Notes: a model not told the origin generated them from the sequence alone. Counted from the first letter of the stretch, positions 1 through 9,561 are shown. The stretch: 36,908 nt of DNA from Clostridiales bacterium (GCA_003516765.1 DPCD01000166.1:1-36908); one strand, 5' to 3'. Numbers and translations: made by a program.

Positions 1-249
1 TACCAGCGCTGCACGGTGCATTTCTACCGCAACGTTTTCTCTGTTGTGCCCAAATCCAAGGTCAAAATTGTGGCAAAAATGCTCAAGGCGATCCACGCGC
101 AGGAGAGCAAAAAAGCATCCCGCGAGAAGGCAAAGACCGTGGTCGACGAGCTGAGAGCGATGAAGCTGAAAGAAGCGGCAAAGAAGGTCGAGGACGGCAT
201 TGAGGAAACGCTGACCTACTGCGATTTTCCCAGTGAGAATTGGACCCGG
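1..249 (+). pseudogene. IS256-family transposase fragment, cut by the window edge and 3'-truncated
   Basis: Frame 1 reads YQRCTVHFYRNVFSVVPKSKVK...EETLTYCDFPSENWTR, with the IS256 CxxH motif region. The expected IRTNN..ERLN segment carrying the catalytic Glu is absent and the frame continues into unrelated sequence. Confidence 0.8.
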
Positions 250-336
250 TATTTGATAAAGGTAACGGAACGTTTCGCAACGTCCCGTTACTATTGTCTC
301 ATGCATGTCCATGCGCGGGGGGGGGTTGACGCTTAC
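250..336. mobile_element. Probable IS66-family terminal segment (one IR plus subterminal hairpin)
   Basis: Ends in GGGGTTGACGCTTAC at 336 (reverse complement GTAAGCGTCAACCCC); IS66 IRs begin GTAA. A 13-bp hairpin with 1 mismatch lies at 262-291. Confidence 0.5.
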
Positions 337-396
337 GCTCAGCGAGATGGCGGTCTTTTATTCATGGCCACGTTTTACGCTTGCCTTATGTAAAAT

Positions 397-439
397 AGCA
401 CGACGCAAACTCATGCATTTGAGTTTGCGTCGTGCTTTT
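397..439. terminator. Perfect 17-bp stem-loop, terminator-like
   Basis: AGCACGACGCAAACTCA-tgcatt-TGAGTTTGCGTCGTGCT, followed by T's and preceded by an A-rich stretch. Confidence 0.6.
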
Positions 440-492
440 GCCCGTGCCGACTGTACCCCCATGACACATTGTGTACCTATGGGGCGAAACAG

Positions 493-677
493 TTGGAAAT
501 CGTGGAGTCCCGGTACAAGCGAAACTCCACGATCTTCTGTTCCCAATTTGACATCCCGGGCTGACCAAAAAAGCTGTGGCTGATGCCATCTGCGACCGAA
601 TTGTTCACGACGCCTACACCATAGTCATTGGCGACAAGGAATCCATGCGCAAGCGGAAGGGGCTGCAAGACATCTGA
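493..677 (+). pseudogene. istB: IS21-family IstB helper ATPase, C-terminal remnant
   Basis: LEIVESRYKRNSTIFCSQFDIPG* (TGA 562-564 where W is expected), then after a frameshift AVADAICDRIVHDAYTIVIGDKESMRKRKGLQDI*. Confidence 0.8.
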
Positions 678-720
678 CTCCGACCATATTTATGATACCT
701 TGACACCTTTGTGCTGTCCA

Positions 721-832
721 TATTCAACCTGAGCGGTGGGACTGCTCAATCCGGGCGGTCCCATTGCTCAATTCAAGCGGAACCGCTGCTCAATTTCGCC
801 AGTCGAGACGATTCCGCAGAGCGGCGTACGCA
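721..832 (+). mobile_element. IS21-family right end with 22-bp periodic repeats
   Basis: TGCTCAAT at 743, 765 and 787, degenerate units at 721 and 809, most units carrying GCGG. Ends in ...GCGGCGTACGCA (terminal CA) directly after the istB remnant. Confidence 0.7.
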
Positions 833-872
833 GTCATTACATATCAGTCTTTTCCCATAGTTTTATTGTTAG

Positions 873-1865
873 CTATCTAGTCATCTTTTTCTGGCGATAT
901 GCATTGATAGCAAGAGCCACCAAAATAACTCCGCCTTTGATGATCTCCTGCATATAGAAGTTCACGTTCAAAATGGTCAAGCCATTGGTAATAAATGAAA
1001 AAATCAGCACTCCAATCAACGTGCCATAAACTTTACCTACACCGCCCGAGGGGCTAGTTCCCCCCAAGATCGCACCACCAATAACATCATAAGAATAGGA
1101 ATCGCCTGCATTAGGCTGTCCTGTCGCCAAGCGTGATGCCATCAGAATACCAGCCATTGCTCCGCAGAAACTACAAACCACATGGACAAAAATTTTCATC
1201 CGATCTACATTAATGCCAGAAAGACGAGCTGCCTCTTTATTGCCACCAGTTGCATAAAGCTGTGTGCCTAATTTGAATCTATTTAACATCACATTTACAA
1301 CTAAAAATACAACTAAAGCAATCCAGATTGGGACTCTAACACCCAAGACTTTTCCCTGACCAAAGAACATAAACTCGGAAGGTAAGTTGATGATAGGATA
1401 TCCACCCGTCCATGAATATGTAATACCATGGCAAATTAGCATCATCGCAAGAGTTGTAATAAACTCAACAACCCCCAGTTTACTGATAACTAATCCATTA
1501 ATCAAACCAATCAAAGCACCAATTCCTAAAGTTGCAATAATTGCCAGCCATATCGGCAAATGTCCTTGTGTCATCAATTGGCAGACAACAATGCCGGAAA
1601 GACTCATTACATACCCAATACTCAGATCAATACCGCCAAGAATAATGACCAGTGTCATTCCAGCTGCCATTATGAAAGTAATAGAAGCTTGGTTCAAAAC
1701 ATTCAGGATGTTACTGACTGTGAGAAATGCGTCTGTCGAAGAAATTGACAAGGCAACAAAAATCACAGCTAACACAATAAAAATACTAAACTCATGAACC
1801 TGAAACAGGTTCAAAATAGATCTGCTTCTTTGCATTCTTTTCAATTCTGTTTCTTTATTATGCAT
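873..1865 (-). CDS. Monosaccharide ABC transporter permease (RbsC/CUT2 family)
   Basis: Hydrophobic 330 aa; GGIDLSIG and ATGGNKEAARLSGIN motifs. Confidence 0.93.
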   Translation of the reverse strand: MHNKETELKRMQRSRSILNLFQVHEFSIFIVLAVIFVALSISSTDAFLTVSNILNVLNQASITFIMAAGMTLVIILGGIDLSIGYVMSLSGIVVCQLMTQGHLPIWLAIIATLGIGALIGLINGLVISKLGVVEFITTLAMMLICHGITYSWTGGYPIINLPSEFMFFGQGKVLGVRVPIWIALVVFLVVNVMLNRFKLGTQLYATGGNKEAARLSGINVDRMKIFVHVVCSFCGAMAGILMASRLATGQPNAGDSYSYDVIGGAILGGTSPSGGVGKVYGTLIGVLIFSFITNGLTILNVNFYMQEIIKGGVILVALAINAYRQKKMTR

Positions 1866-1866
1866 T

Positions 1867-3357
1867 TTATCTTTCTCCCAAATAGTGTGTCAGGATTTTT
1901 TCTTCTGTTGCCTCTTCACGAGACATTTCCGCCACAATTTTTCCTTGACGCATAACCAATATTCTTCTACACAACCCAAGAATTTCTGGCATTTCAGAAG
2001 AAATTAATACTATGGCAAGCCCCTGCTTAGAAAGTTCGCCGATTAATTTATAGATTTCCGCTTTTGTGCCGACATCAATACCTCTTGTCGGTTCATCCAA
2101 AATTAGAATTTTTGGCTGCGTTGCCAGCCATTTGCTAATTACGACTTTTTGCTGATTGCCACCAGACAAACTGCTAACTTTTTGATCGACACTTGCCATC
2201 TTAATCGACAGTTTATCTGCATATTCCTCAATAACAGCCTTCCGCTTATCCCGAAGAATATAACCCCATTTGCAAAGAGAATCCAGAACGGAAAGCACCA
2301 GATTTCCCTTGATATCCATAATCTGGACCAAGCCCTGTACTTTTCGGTCTTCAGGAACAAGGGCCATCCCTAACTTAATCGCATCAGCCGGCGAATGGAT
2401 ATTTACCTGTTTGCCTTGCACGTAGACAGATCCACTATCAAGTTTGTCATATCCAAAAATACACATGGCAGTTTCACTTCGTCCAGCGCCAACGAGACCA
2501 GAGATTCCCAGAACTTCACCTGCGCGGATCGAAAAGGATACATCTTCAAATTTTCCTTTTCTAGTAAGGTGTTCCACTCGCAGTTGTTCTTCACCTAAAA
2601 TATTTTCCGAATAGTCAAATAGTTTTTCAATCCGTCTACCGACCATCTTTGCAATCAATTCTGTTGGAGTGATTTCGTCAATGTTCTTTGTATCAACAAT
2701 CTCGCCATCTCGCAAAATAGTAATACGATCAGAAACACTGAAGATATCTTCCATTTTATGAGAAATAAAGATAATAGATTTTCCCTGCTCTTTCAAAGCG
2801 CGAGTTGAACGAATAAGTAGCTTTGTTTCGGCGTCTGTCAATGATGACGTTGGCTCATCCATAATAATTATGTCAGGATTCGTTGAAAGGCCCTTAGCAA
2901 TCTCAATTAGCTGCTGTTTTGCTGCACTCAGATTCCGAACAGGCACGTCTAACTCAACGTCTTTGGAAACTTGTTCCAAATAAGATTTCGCACGCAATTT
3001 CAGCATGTTTTTATCAATTATGCCTAATTTATTCACTGGCTCCTGACCGATCATGATATTCTGAGCACCAGTCAAATCTGGTATCAAACTGCGTTCTTGA
3101 TAAATTGTTGCGATTTTTTTCATTTTGGCTTCCAGTGGGTCTGCAAATTTCACAACTTCACCATGCAATTTTAAAGTGCCACTGTATTCATTGATTGCGC
3201 CAGACAAGATTTTCATTAATGTAGATTTGCCTGCTCCGTTTTCACCAATTAGACAATGTACCTCGCCATAACGAAGTTCAAAATTTACATTTTTAAGTGC
3301 GTGGACACCACCAAAAGACTTACTGATATTGTTCATCTCCAATATCACTTGACTCAT
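1867..3357 (-). CDS. Monosaccharide ABC transporter ATP-binding protein with two NBDs (RbsA/MglA family)
   Basis: GENGAGKST, DEPTSSL, GLVGAGRSE, PEDRK, LSGGNQQK, DEPTRGIDVG. Confidence 0.95.
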   Translation of the reverse strand: MSQVILEMNNISKSFGGVHALKNVNFELRYGEVHCLIGENGAGKSTLMKILSGAINEYSGTLKLHGEVVKFADPLEAKMKKIATIYQERSLIPDLTGAQNIMIGQEPVNKLGIIDKNMLKLRAKSYLEQVSKDVELDVPVRNLSAAKQQLIEIAKGLSTNPDIIIMDEPTSSLTDAETKLLIRSTRALKEQGKSIIFISHKMEDIFSVSDRITILRDGEIVDTKNIDEITPTELIAKMVGRRIEKLFDYSENILGEEQLRVEHLTRKGKFEDVSFSIRAGEVLGISGLVGAGRSETAMCIFGYDKLDSGSVYVQGKQVNIHSPADAIKLGMALVPEDRKVQGLVQIMDIKGNLVLSVLDSLCKWGYILRDKRKAVIEEYADKLSIKMASVDQKVSSLSGGNQQKVVISKWLATQPKILILDEPTRGIDVGTKAEIYKLIGELSKQGLAIVLISSEMPEILGLCRRILVMRQGKIVAEMSREEATEEKILTHYLGER

Positions 3358-3400
3358 TGTTGCACCTCTCTTTACACCATATAGATATAAAAAAGCAGTC

Positions 3401-3435
3401 TACAAGCAGCCTTCGCCTCCTGAAGGCTGCTTGTA
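3401..3435 (-). terminator. Intra-operon stem-loop downstream of the binding-protein gene (mRNA stabiliser or partial terminator)
   Basis: Perfect 14-bp stem TACAAGCAGCCTTC / GAAGGCTGCTTGTA, with a T-run about 6 nt downstream on the minus strand. Confidence 0.65.
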
Positions 3436-3466
3436 TTTTGAATAACTTGGGACCTTCAAAACATTA

Positions 3467-4510
3467 TTAATCGTACTGGCTCCAATCAATGGAGAATGGG
3501 GGATAGCCAGTATTACCGGGGATGTCGATAGAAGCAGCATTTTCCGGAGTAATATTGACAACAGGAATCTGAACAATTTCAGGCAATGTACCACCTTCCA
3601 GATAACGGTCAATGGCTTCCATCTCCAACTCAGCCATCAAACGAGGTCTTTGAGCACCAGAGCAACCAAAGGGCTTACCGTCAATCATAGCTTGCTGGCT
3701 CATTTGCTGACCATCCACTGCACAGAAAACAACATCCTCTATATCATTATTAAGGAATGCGGTCATAATACCATAAGCGGTATTATCATCGGTACAATAA
3801 ACAGCATCAATCTCCTTTGCGATGGATGCAGCCCAAGCTTCACCAATCTTCATGCCCTCGTCAACGCTGCAACCGCGCTGCTCCGCAACAATCTCGATGT
3901 TCGAACCTTCCAGCGCATCCACAAATCCATCATAGCGCATGCGGCAGCATTCAATCTGAGGATAATTTCCAATTGCAATTTTGCCCTCACCGCCAAGGTA
4001 ATCTACCAGCCATTCGCCAACAATTTGACCACCCTGATAGTTGTTAGTTTCAATGTGGAATTCAACTTTTTCATTCTCTGTGGTGCTGCACTTCACGTCA
4101 ATAGTAAAGACGGGGATACCAGCATCGTTACAGTTCTTGATACTCGGGACAATCGCCTCACTGTCAACAGCGCAAATCACTATTGCATCGCATCCAGCAG
4201 AAATCATATTGTCAATAGCGTTTGCTTGTTTTGCAGGATCGGATGCCGCATCAGATTCAGTTAGAGTCCAACCTCTGGCATCTGCTTCACGAACAAAGGT
4301 GTCGCGCATAATAACAAAATAGGGATCATTCAGGAAGGGGAAGGAAACACCGAGCAGGAATTCGTCGGAAGATTCTGCTGAATCTATACTGTTTGTTTCA
4401 GGTGTTGCGTTATTTGGGTCTGCAGATGCATCATTTGATATCTGCGCGCAGCCCACAAAGATCACAAGGATCATGATAGCCGTCAAAAGCAATGTCAGTG
4501 TACGTTTCAT
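3467..4510 (-). CDS. Sugar ABC transporter substrate-binding lipoprotein (RbsB-like, type I fold)
   Basis: Start moved to ATG 4510 (GGAGG RBS). Signal peptide and lipobox MKRTLTLLLTAIMILVIFVG-C; NDAGIPVFTID and TNNYQGGQIVGE segments. Confidence 0.9.
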   Translation of the reverse strand: MKRTLTLLLTAIMILVIFVGCAQISNDASADPNNATPETNSIDSAESSDEFLLGVSFPFLNDPYFVIMRDTFVREADARGWTLTESDAASDPAKQANAIDNMISAGCDAIVICAVDSEAIVPSIKNCNDAGIPVFTIDVKCSTTENEKVEFHIETNNYQGGQIVGEWLVDYLGGEGKIAIGNYPQIECCRMRYDGFVDALEGSNIEIVAEQRGCSVDEGMKIGEAWAASIAKEIDAVYCTDDNTAYGIMTAFLNNDIEDVVFCAVDGQQMSQQAMIDGKPFGCSGAQRPRLMAELEMEAIDRYLEGGTLPEIVQIPVVNITPENAASIDIPGNTGYPPFSIDWSQYD

Positions 4511-4607
4511 TTTTATTCCTCCATTTTTCATTTTTTTGGAAAACGTCCTCTTCAAAACGATTTAAGAATCAAATTTCTTATGTACAAGCTATGATTCAAA
4601 AAATATT

Positions 4608-6071
4608 TCATTCTTTTTCCAAGGGAATTCCCTGCAAGAACTCAATCGGATATTCCATCTTATCAGCTTCATTTTCCCAATTACCCCACTTGCCATATGC
4701 ATTGTATACATAAGCTGGAATGGGTAATGCAGGATATTCATTTTCTCCATTGCTACCCCAGTTCACCCAACCAGAAGAGCGCTTTTGAACAATCTGAAGT
4801 CTAGCCGACGGATTTGAAGTATACCAAATCATTCCATATCCAGTTTCTGTGCTGTAGTGCATAGTCTTCTTAGTAGCTGTGGGGAAAATTGTTTGATCAA
4901 TTACATCAGGTACATTCACAAAATCAGCATGTTTGATATCACCACGACGACCATCTTTCATATGGGTCACATAATGCGCTTTTTTCAGAATCTGCTGTGA
5001 ATAAACCTTGATCTCCTCATCACTGAGGTATCCCATGCCCTTTCCAAAAATCTGCCAGAAATAATCCCAACTCAACTTGTGGATATTATCACCGACCATT
5101 TCTTTGCAGGCACGGAACAATTCATTGGAGTCGCCCTTCTCTTTCAGGACCTTCAGTACAAATTCCTCCAACACCACAGCATACCGATCTCCTTCACGGT
5201 AATCCGTACCACCGTAACTGGCAAAACGATCGAAAACAACATTATTAGGTCCACTGTCGAATTCATCGCCAACAGTAATTTGATTTTTAACCGGCATACC
5301 GTCAACTGTCGTTTCAAACGGAGTTGTCTCAACATAACGGCGGAACCACGGTGACATGTAGAAGAATTCCCATGTTACTTTAAACTCTTTATTATAGAGT
5401 TTCGGATCAAGGCCGTTAGGGAACATACCATGTAGCAAATATTTACAATACAGTGGGCCTTCCACCAAAACATCAATTTCTGCAACGGTGGTCTCCGGCG
5501 CATTGATCAGACCGTTATTGACAGTAAAAAATGGGCCGTAGAGACCACCCATCGCATTTTCGCCTGTGCCGCGCATCAAATCTTTACCCTCTGCTTTTGC
5601 CTGAATGCTACGGATGCCCCACTTGCTCGAAATATCTCCCCCGCCATTTCCTCGGCAGAACTCCAAAATATAATAGCCAGTATCAAGACGGCGGAATCCA
5701 TCTTTTAGAGTTGTGGGTAACTGACTGATACCCTCAATACAGCAAGGTCTAAACTTTACATCATCCGCCTTAGTATAGATACTTTTTGCTGCGTCATAGC
5801 ACAAGTAATACACTGTCTCGGTGTGATCAATATTACAAAGAAATGCTACATCCACAGATACCAATTTACCTGCTGCCAATACAGGGTTAAAGAATTGAAT
5901 TGGGATTTCTACATCTTCTTGTGAAAGCAATTGAATGGTGTCTGCCTCAGGTGCTTCATACTCATCCAAAAATTGAATCGTCTTAACTATCGGCTCATTG
6001 ATGCGGTTAAGTTGCATCGGAGAGGACATCATTAAAGGAATCCTATAGTCGAATTTGACATTCTTTTTCAT
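4608..6071 (-). CDS. Unknown cytoplasmic protein (about 487 aa), first gene of the sugar-uptake operon
   Basis: Long ORF in AT-rich DNA, co-oriented with the ABC genes; start is ATG 6071 or TTG 6077. No signal peptide and no family recognised. Confidence 0.75.
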   Translation of the reverse strand: MKKNVKFDYRIPLMMSSPMQLNRINEPIVKTIQFLDEYEAPEADTIQLLSQEDVEIPIQFFNPVLAAGKLVSVDVAFLCNIDHTETVYYLCYDAAKSIYTKADDVKFRPCCIEGISQLPTTLKDGFRRLDTGYYILEFCRGNGGGDISSKWGIRSIQAKAEGKDLMRGTGENAMGGLYGPFFTVNNGLINAPETTVAEIDVLVEGPLYCKYLLHGMFPNGLDPKLYNKEFKVTWEFFYMSPWFRRYVETTPFETTVDGMPVKNQITVGDEFDSGPNNVVFDRFASYGGTDYREGDRYAVVLEEFVLKVLKEKGDSNELFRACKEMVGDNIHKLSWDYFWQIFGKGMGYLSDEEIKVYSQQILKKAHYVTHMKDGRRGDIKHADFVNVPDVIDQTIFPTATKKTMHYSTETGYGMIWYTSNPSARLQIVQKRSSGWVNWGSNGENEYPALPIPAYVYNAYGKWGNWENEADKMEYPIEFLQGIPLEKE

Positions 6072-6253
6072 AAACAATTTCCCTTTCTTTATAAAATGTC
6101 ATATTGAATAAACCTCTACGAATTAAATACACGCAAACTTACCTGTTAGTCCAAAGAGCATAATTCCATTCTTAGAACGCTAGGTATTAAAATAGACATA
6201 AAACAATAGATTATATATTATGGTTGTAAAACCTAACATATCATTTTTCAAAT

Positions 6254-6267
6254 TGTAAATGTTTACA
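6254..6267. promoter_or_regulatory. LacI-family/cre-like operator
   Basis: TGTAAA-TG-TTTACA, a 14-bp near-palindrome one base from TGTAAACGTTTACA, just downstream of the promoter. Confidence 0.6.
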
Positions 6268-6298
6268 TTTTGCGCTGTGTTGTTCTTCGTTCATCTAC

Positions 6299-6328
6299 AG
6301 TATACGTCTTTCCACTTTTCTACGTCAA
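6299..6328 (-). promoter_or_regulatory. Sigma70/SigA promoter of the sugar island
   Basis: TTGACG-18 nt-TATACT on the minus strand. Confidence 0.6.
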
Positions 6329-6413
6329 GAAAAAAGTTCAAATCAATTCATATTTTGTCAGTTTGATTCATCTGTACTTTCCGTTTTTGTAAAAAATCAA
6401 CAAACATTTCTTT

Positions 6414-6621
6414 GGTTGATTGTAAAATGAAGCTGGACACTTAAAGAAAAGAACCATAGTGATATACCCGCATGATAAAATGGAGTTTGAAGACAACATT
6501 CATCAAGAGGGCGATCACTATGGACTGCCATCATTATAACACAGAACTGCCGGAACGCAAACGCGGGCAGCACCTTCAGCGAGAAGAAAGAGGGAGCATT
6601 CAGGCGCTGAAACAGCAAGGG
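6414..6621 (+). mobile_element. IS30-family left end and first about 34 transposase codons
   Basis: GATTGTAAAATGAAGCTGGACAC resembles Firmicute IS30 IRs; MDCHHYNTELPERKRGQHLQREERGSIQALKQQG resembles an IS30 transposase N-terminus (HL...ER..I). Confidence 0.65.
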
Positions 6622-6786
6622 CTGACACAACAGCAGCTTGCGGATCTGCTTGGCGTAACGCGGCAGACGATCATTTCACTGGAGAATGATAAGTACAATC
6701 CATCCATTCTTCTGGCACACAAAATCGCGCAGATATTTGACGCGCGCATTGAGGATATTTTTATTTTCGAGGAGGAAGACGCATGA
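6520..6786 (+). CDS. In-frame chimera of IS30 transposase N-terminus and XRE (HTH_3) regulator
   Basis: After KQQG the frame reads LTQQQLADLLGVTRQTIISLENDKYNPSILLAHKIAQIF, a classic small XRE regulator. ATG at 6520 follows GAGGG. Confidence 0.7.
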   Translation: MDCHHYNTELPERKRGQHLQREERGSIQALKQQGLTQQQLADLLGVTRQTIISLENDKYNPSILLAHKIAQIFDARIEDIFIFEEEDA

Positions 6787-6865
6787 AATTAAAGGAACAA
6801 AAAGCTCCATATTCCTCGCTTCCGTGCAGAGCGCGAAAGCTCATCCATTTCGCTGCGCCTCCTCT

Positions 6866-6900
6866 CAAAATCGCAATCGCTTTGCTGGATTGCAATTTTG
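6866..6900. repeat. REP-like palindrome
   Basis: CAAAATCGCAATC-gctttgctg-GATTGCAATTTTG, 13-bp stem with 1 mismatch, in non-coding DNA. Confidence 0.45.
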
Positions 6901-7009
6901 TTCTTTGCACGTCGGCGCAACGTGGGCTTTTGCACCGCTGCTGCGCACACTCTTGCAGTCGGGGCAAAAAACCGCACGCAGCGGCGACACGCGCCTCACC
7001 GCGCGGTGC

Positions 7010-7375
7010 GGACGTTCGGCACGCTTGAGGGAAATCCATCGCTTGCCGTTGTTGCGGCAGGTATCTGCCAGAATCCCGTTTTCTCTTAGAGCCGCAATGC
7101 TTTCCCGCACCAGCCGGGTGATCTTCCTCACCGAATTCGAGTTTCAAAGTCCGGTCGGGGATATCACGCCCGGTACAATGCAGAGAGGCAATATTGGCAA
7201 GACGAGAGTGCTTTTGCAAAACAAATGCCGAGTCCGCCGCACCACTTAATCCCGTCGAGCCGGAGATCATGTTCATCGGATCGTCGTCGTGGAGCTTGCG
7301 CAGGTGGTGAACCAAGAGGATTGCGATGTGCCGTTTGTCTGCAAGTTTCTTGAGCAAACCAATATCTTGATACCC
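7010..7375 (-). pseudogene. AAA_25/RepA-like helicase-ATPase C-terminal remnant (ICE/IME type) with an internal deletion
   Basis: YQDIGLLKKLADKRHIAILLVHHLRK..DDDPMNMISGSTGLSGAADS..CTGRDI..GEEDH (7372-7118). No Walker A. A probable tail RENGILADTCRNNGKRWISLKR continues in another frame. Confidence 0.75.
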
Positions 7376-7764
7376 GGATCGACGCAGTGATGTGCAACAA
7401 CGACGCAATCGCACTCGGCGTGTTGGCGTCTTTGAAAAACGTTGGCTATGGGACAGCGGAAAAGCCGTTCCCGGTCATCACCGGCATGGACTGCGATATT
7501 GCAAACATCAAGGCGATCAAGTCCGGAGAAATCTCCATGACGGTCTTTAAGGACAATCGTATCATTGCGAAAAAGGCTGCCGAAGTTATGGACTGTGTCC
7601 TGCACGACAAGACCCCGCAGGCGGGAGATGCCTTCGAAACCACGTTCAATAACGGCGTGTGCGATGTGACGGCGTTCCTGATTGCACCGGAAGTGATTGA
7701 CAAGGACAATTATCAGGCGGTTTTGTTTGACAGCGGGTATTACTCGGAAGATCAGCTGAAATGA
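7375..7764 (+). pseudogene. ChvE/XylF-like sugar-binding protein, C-terminal third only
   Basis: RIDAVMCNNDAIALGV..GYGTAEKPFPVITGMD..SMTVFKD..VIDKDNY..LFDSGYYSEDQLK; no signal peptide, RBS or N-terminal part. Confidence 0.8.
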
Positions 7765-7892
7765 GTGTATGGCAGTAGGTGATGGATTATTTGAAAGCAG
7801 ACATCACTTTTCTGCGTAGCGGAAGATAGTGCTTTGCAGCGTGGTACATATTCAGCCTTTTTCCGCCGCCGCACGCATCAAAATAAGGACAC

Positions 7893-7928
7893 AAAATCCC
7901 GGTGATCGTGAACGATCATCGGGATTTT
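7893..7928. terminator. Bidirectional terminator-like hairpin
   Basis: AAAATCCCGGTGATCGT-ga-ACGATCATCGGGATTTT, 17 bp with 1 G-U pair, between convergent gene remnants. Confidence 0.55.
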
Positions 7929-8008
7929 CCTACAATTGCGCCGGCAAATTTGTACGTTACAATTTTCTTGACGAGGTTTACGACAATTGTTGTGACTGCT
8001 GTTTGACT

Positions 8009-8647
8009 ATGGTGCGTCTGCGCCGTCAGCGGGCAGTGGACAGAGATGTAGTCACTCTGGCATACCAGCTCCTCAAAGCTCACCAGCTTCACGCCGAGCT
8101 CCTTCGCATTTTCCTCGGAGACGAACGGATCGTAAGCCAGAATCTGCATGTCAAAGCCGGAGAGCTTTTTTGCCACCGCGCGCGGGATGCGTCCGAAGCC
8201 GATCAGACCGACCGTCTTGCCCGCTGTGCGGTACATGGGCTTTGTGATTGCGTAATTCCATTCGGCACGGCGGATCATATCGATCGTCTGCGGAATCTTC
8301 CGCGCCGCACACAGAAGCAGCGTCACCGCGTAGGTGCTGACCTCATCAATGCCGTAATCCGGAACGTTTACGACCGGAATGCCGCGCTCGCTGGCAGCGG
8401 CAAGATCGATATTGTCTACGCCGATGGCGTAGCGGATAATCATCCTGCAGTGCGCAAGATTCTCGATCACTTCGCGGTTGATGTCCGCGTACTGCGTGAC
8501 CAGGACATCACAGTCCGCCGTAATTTCCTTCACGTGCGCTGCGTCCCGGTACTGATAATCTTTCAACTCAATATCGGGTCTGGCGAGAATTTTTCGCTCA
8601 ATGTCCAAATTCTCATACGTATAATCTGTAACGACTACTTTAAACAT
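8009..8647 (-). pseudogene. D-isomer 2-hydroxyacid dehydrogenase (SerA/CtBP-like), 3'-truncated
   Basis: ATG 8647 with GGAGG; RYAIGVDNID, NVPDY, GLIGFGRIP and HCPLT are present. Homology stops after HCPLTAQTHH, so NTARG, the catalytic Glu and TPH are missing; the frame reads on to a stop at 7916. Confidence 0.85.
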
Positions 8648-8701
8648 ACGAACCTCCATTTTCTTATTGCTGTTCAGAAGTCATAAAAAACAGACTACAA
8701 A

Positions 8702-8768
8702 TAGTTTTATCTGATAAAACTAAGTTTCACAAAATATGCAAATAATGAAAACCGGTTTCATTATTTGC
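8702..8768. promoter_or_regulatory. Two palindromic operator-like sites (IclR/KdgR-type) upstream of the dehydrogenase
   Basis: TAGTTTTATC-t-GATAAAACTA (8702-8722) and GCAAATAATGAAA-accgg-TTTCATTATTTGC (8738-8768), both perfect. Confidence 0.65.
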
Positions 8769-8775
8769 CGAAAAA

Positions 8776-9561
8776 TCAAAACCGTCTGCGACCGGAACCA
8801 AGCAGCCGGGAAATCTCTGCCGCAGCCTCCTGCACCATCTGCAATACATGCGTCTCACCTGCGCGCTCAAACGCCTCCCGCACCGTACCGAGACTGATGC
8901 CCGCAACCATACCGTTCGTGTAATCAAAAATCGGCACACAGGCGCTGACGATGCCCTCATCGTGCTCGCCGTTGTTGATGACATACTGCAAATCGCGGAT
9001 ATTTTGAATCCGCTCCATGATTTGCGGAATTTCCGTCTGCGTTGTTGTTGTGTAGCGGCCGAGCGGCTGCCTGGACAGAAACTCCCGGCAGTATTTGTCG
9101 TCGTGCTGCGACAGGAACAGAAGCCCGATGCCTGTGCAGTGCATCGGCAGAATGCCGCCGATCTGCGACATCAGCTGCGTCGTGCTCTGCATTCTTGCCT
9201 TCGGAAAAATCTTGCTGATGACAACGACCTTCTCATCCTCCAGAATTGCCAGATGGACGAACATATTGCTCCGGTTTGCCAGCTCCTCCAGAATCGGTCT
9301 CGACACTTCGATCAGATCGATGGACGCAAGCTTGCTGACACCGAGCGCGAGCGCACAGTAGCCGAGCTGATACTTCCGCGTCTCTTCCTTGTATGACAGG
9401 AACTTTTCATTCAGAAGCGTTGTCGTCATGCGAAGTGCGGTGCTTTTGTTGAGATCGCTCTCGTCGGCGATCTGCTTGAGCGTCATCGGCTGGTTATCCG
9501 GCAGGAACAGTTTGAGAATGCGAAGCGCACGCTGTACGCTTGTGATTGTATAATCATTCAT
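8776..9561 (-). CDS. IclR-family transcriptional regulator
   Basis: SVQRALRIL and LNKSTALR HTH; PMHCTGIG; GEHDEGIVSACVPIFD. Confidence 0.93.
   Translation of the reverse strand: MNDYTITSVQRALRILKLFLPDNQPMTLKQIADESDLNKSTALRMTTTLLNEKFLSYKEETRKYQLGYCALALGVSKLASIDLIEVSRPILEELANRSNMFVHLAILEDEKVVVISKIFPKARMQSTTQLMSQIGGILPMHCTGIGLLFLSQHDDKYCREFLSRQPLGRYTTTTQTEIPQIMERIQNIRDLQYVINNGEHDEGIVSACVPIFDYTNGMVAGISLGTVREAFERAGETHVLQMVQEAAAEISRLLGSGRRRF

Noticed and set aside
721..832. Mini-CRISPR or plasmid iterons (22-bp period)
   Set aside because: The units are degenerate with no unique spacers; position after istB and the terminal CA fit an IS21 end.
7930..8015. tRNA/tmRNA 3' end or att site (TGGTG near 8009)
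   Set aside because: Only 5 nt match, they are also the His codons of the dehydrogenase, and no T-arm sequence follows.
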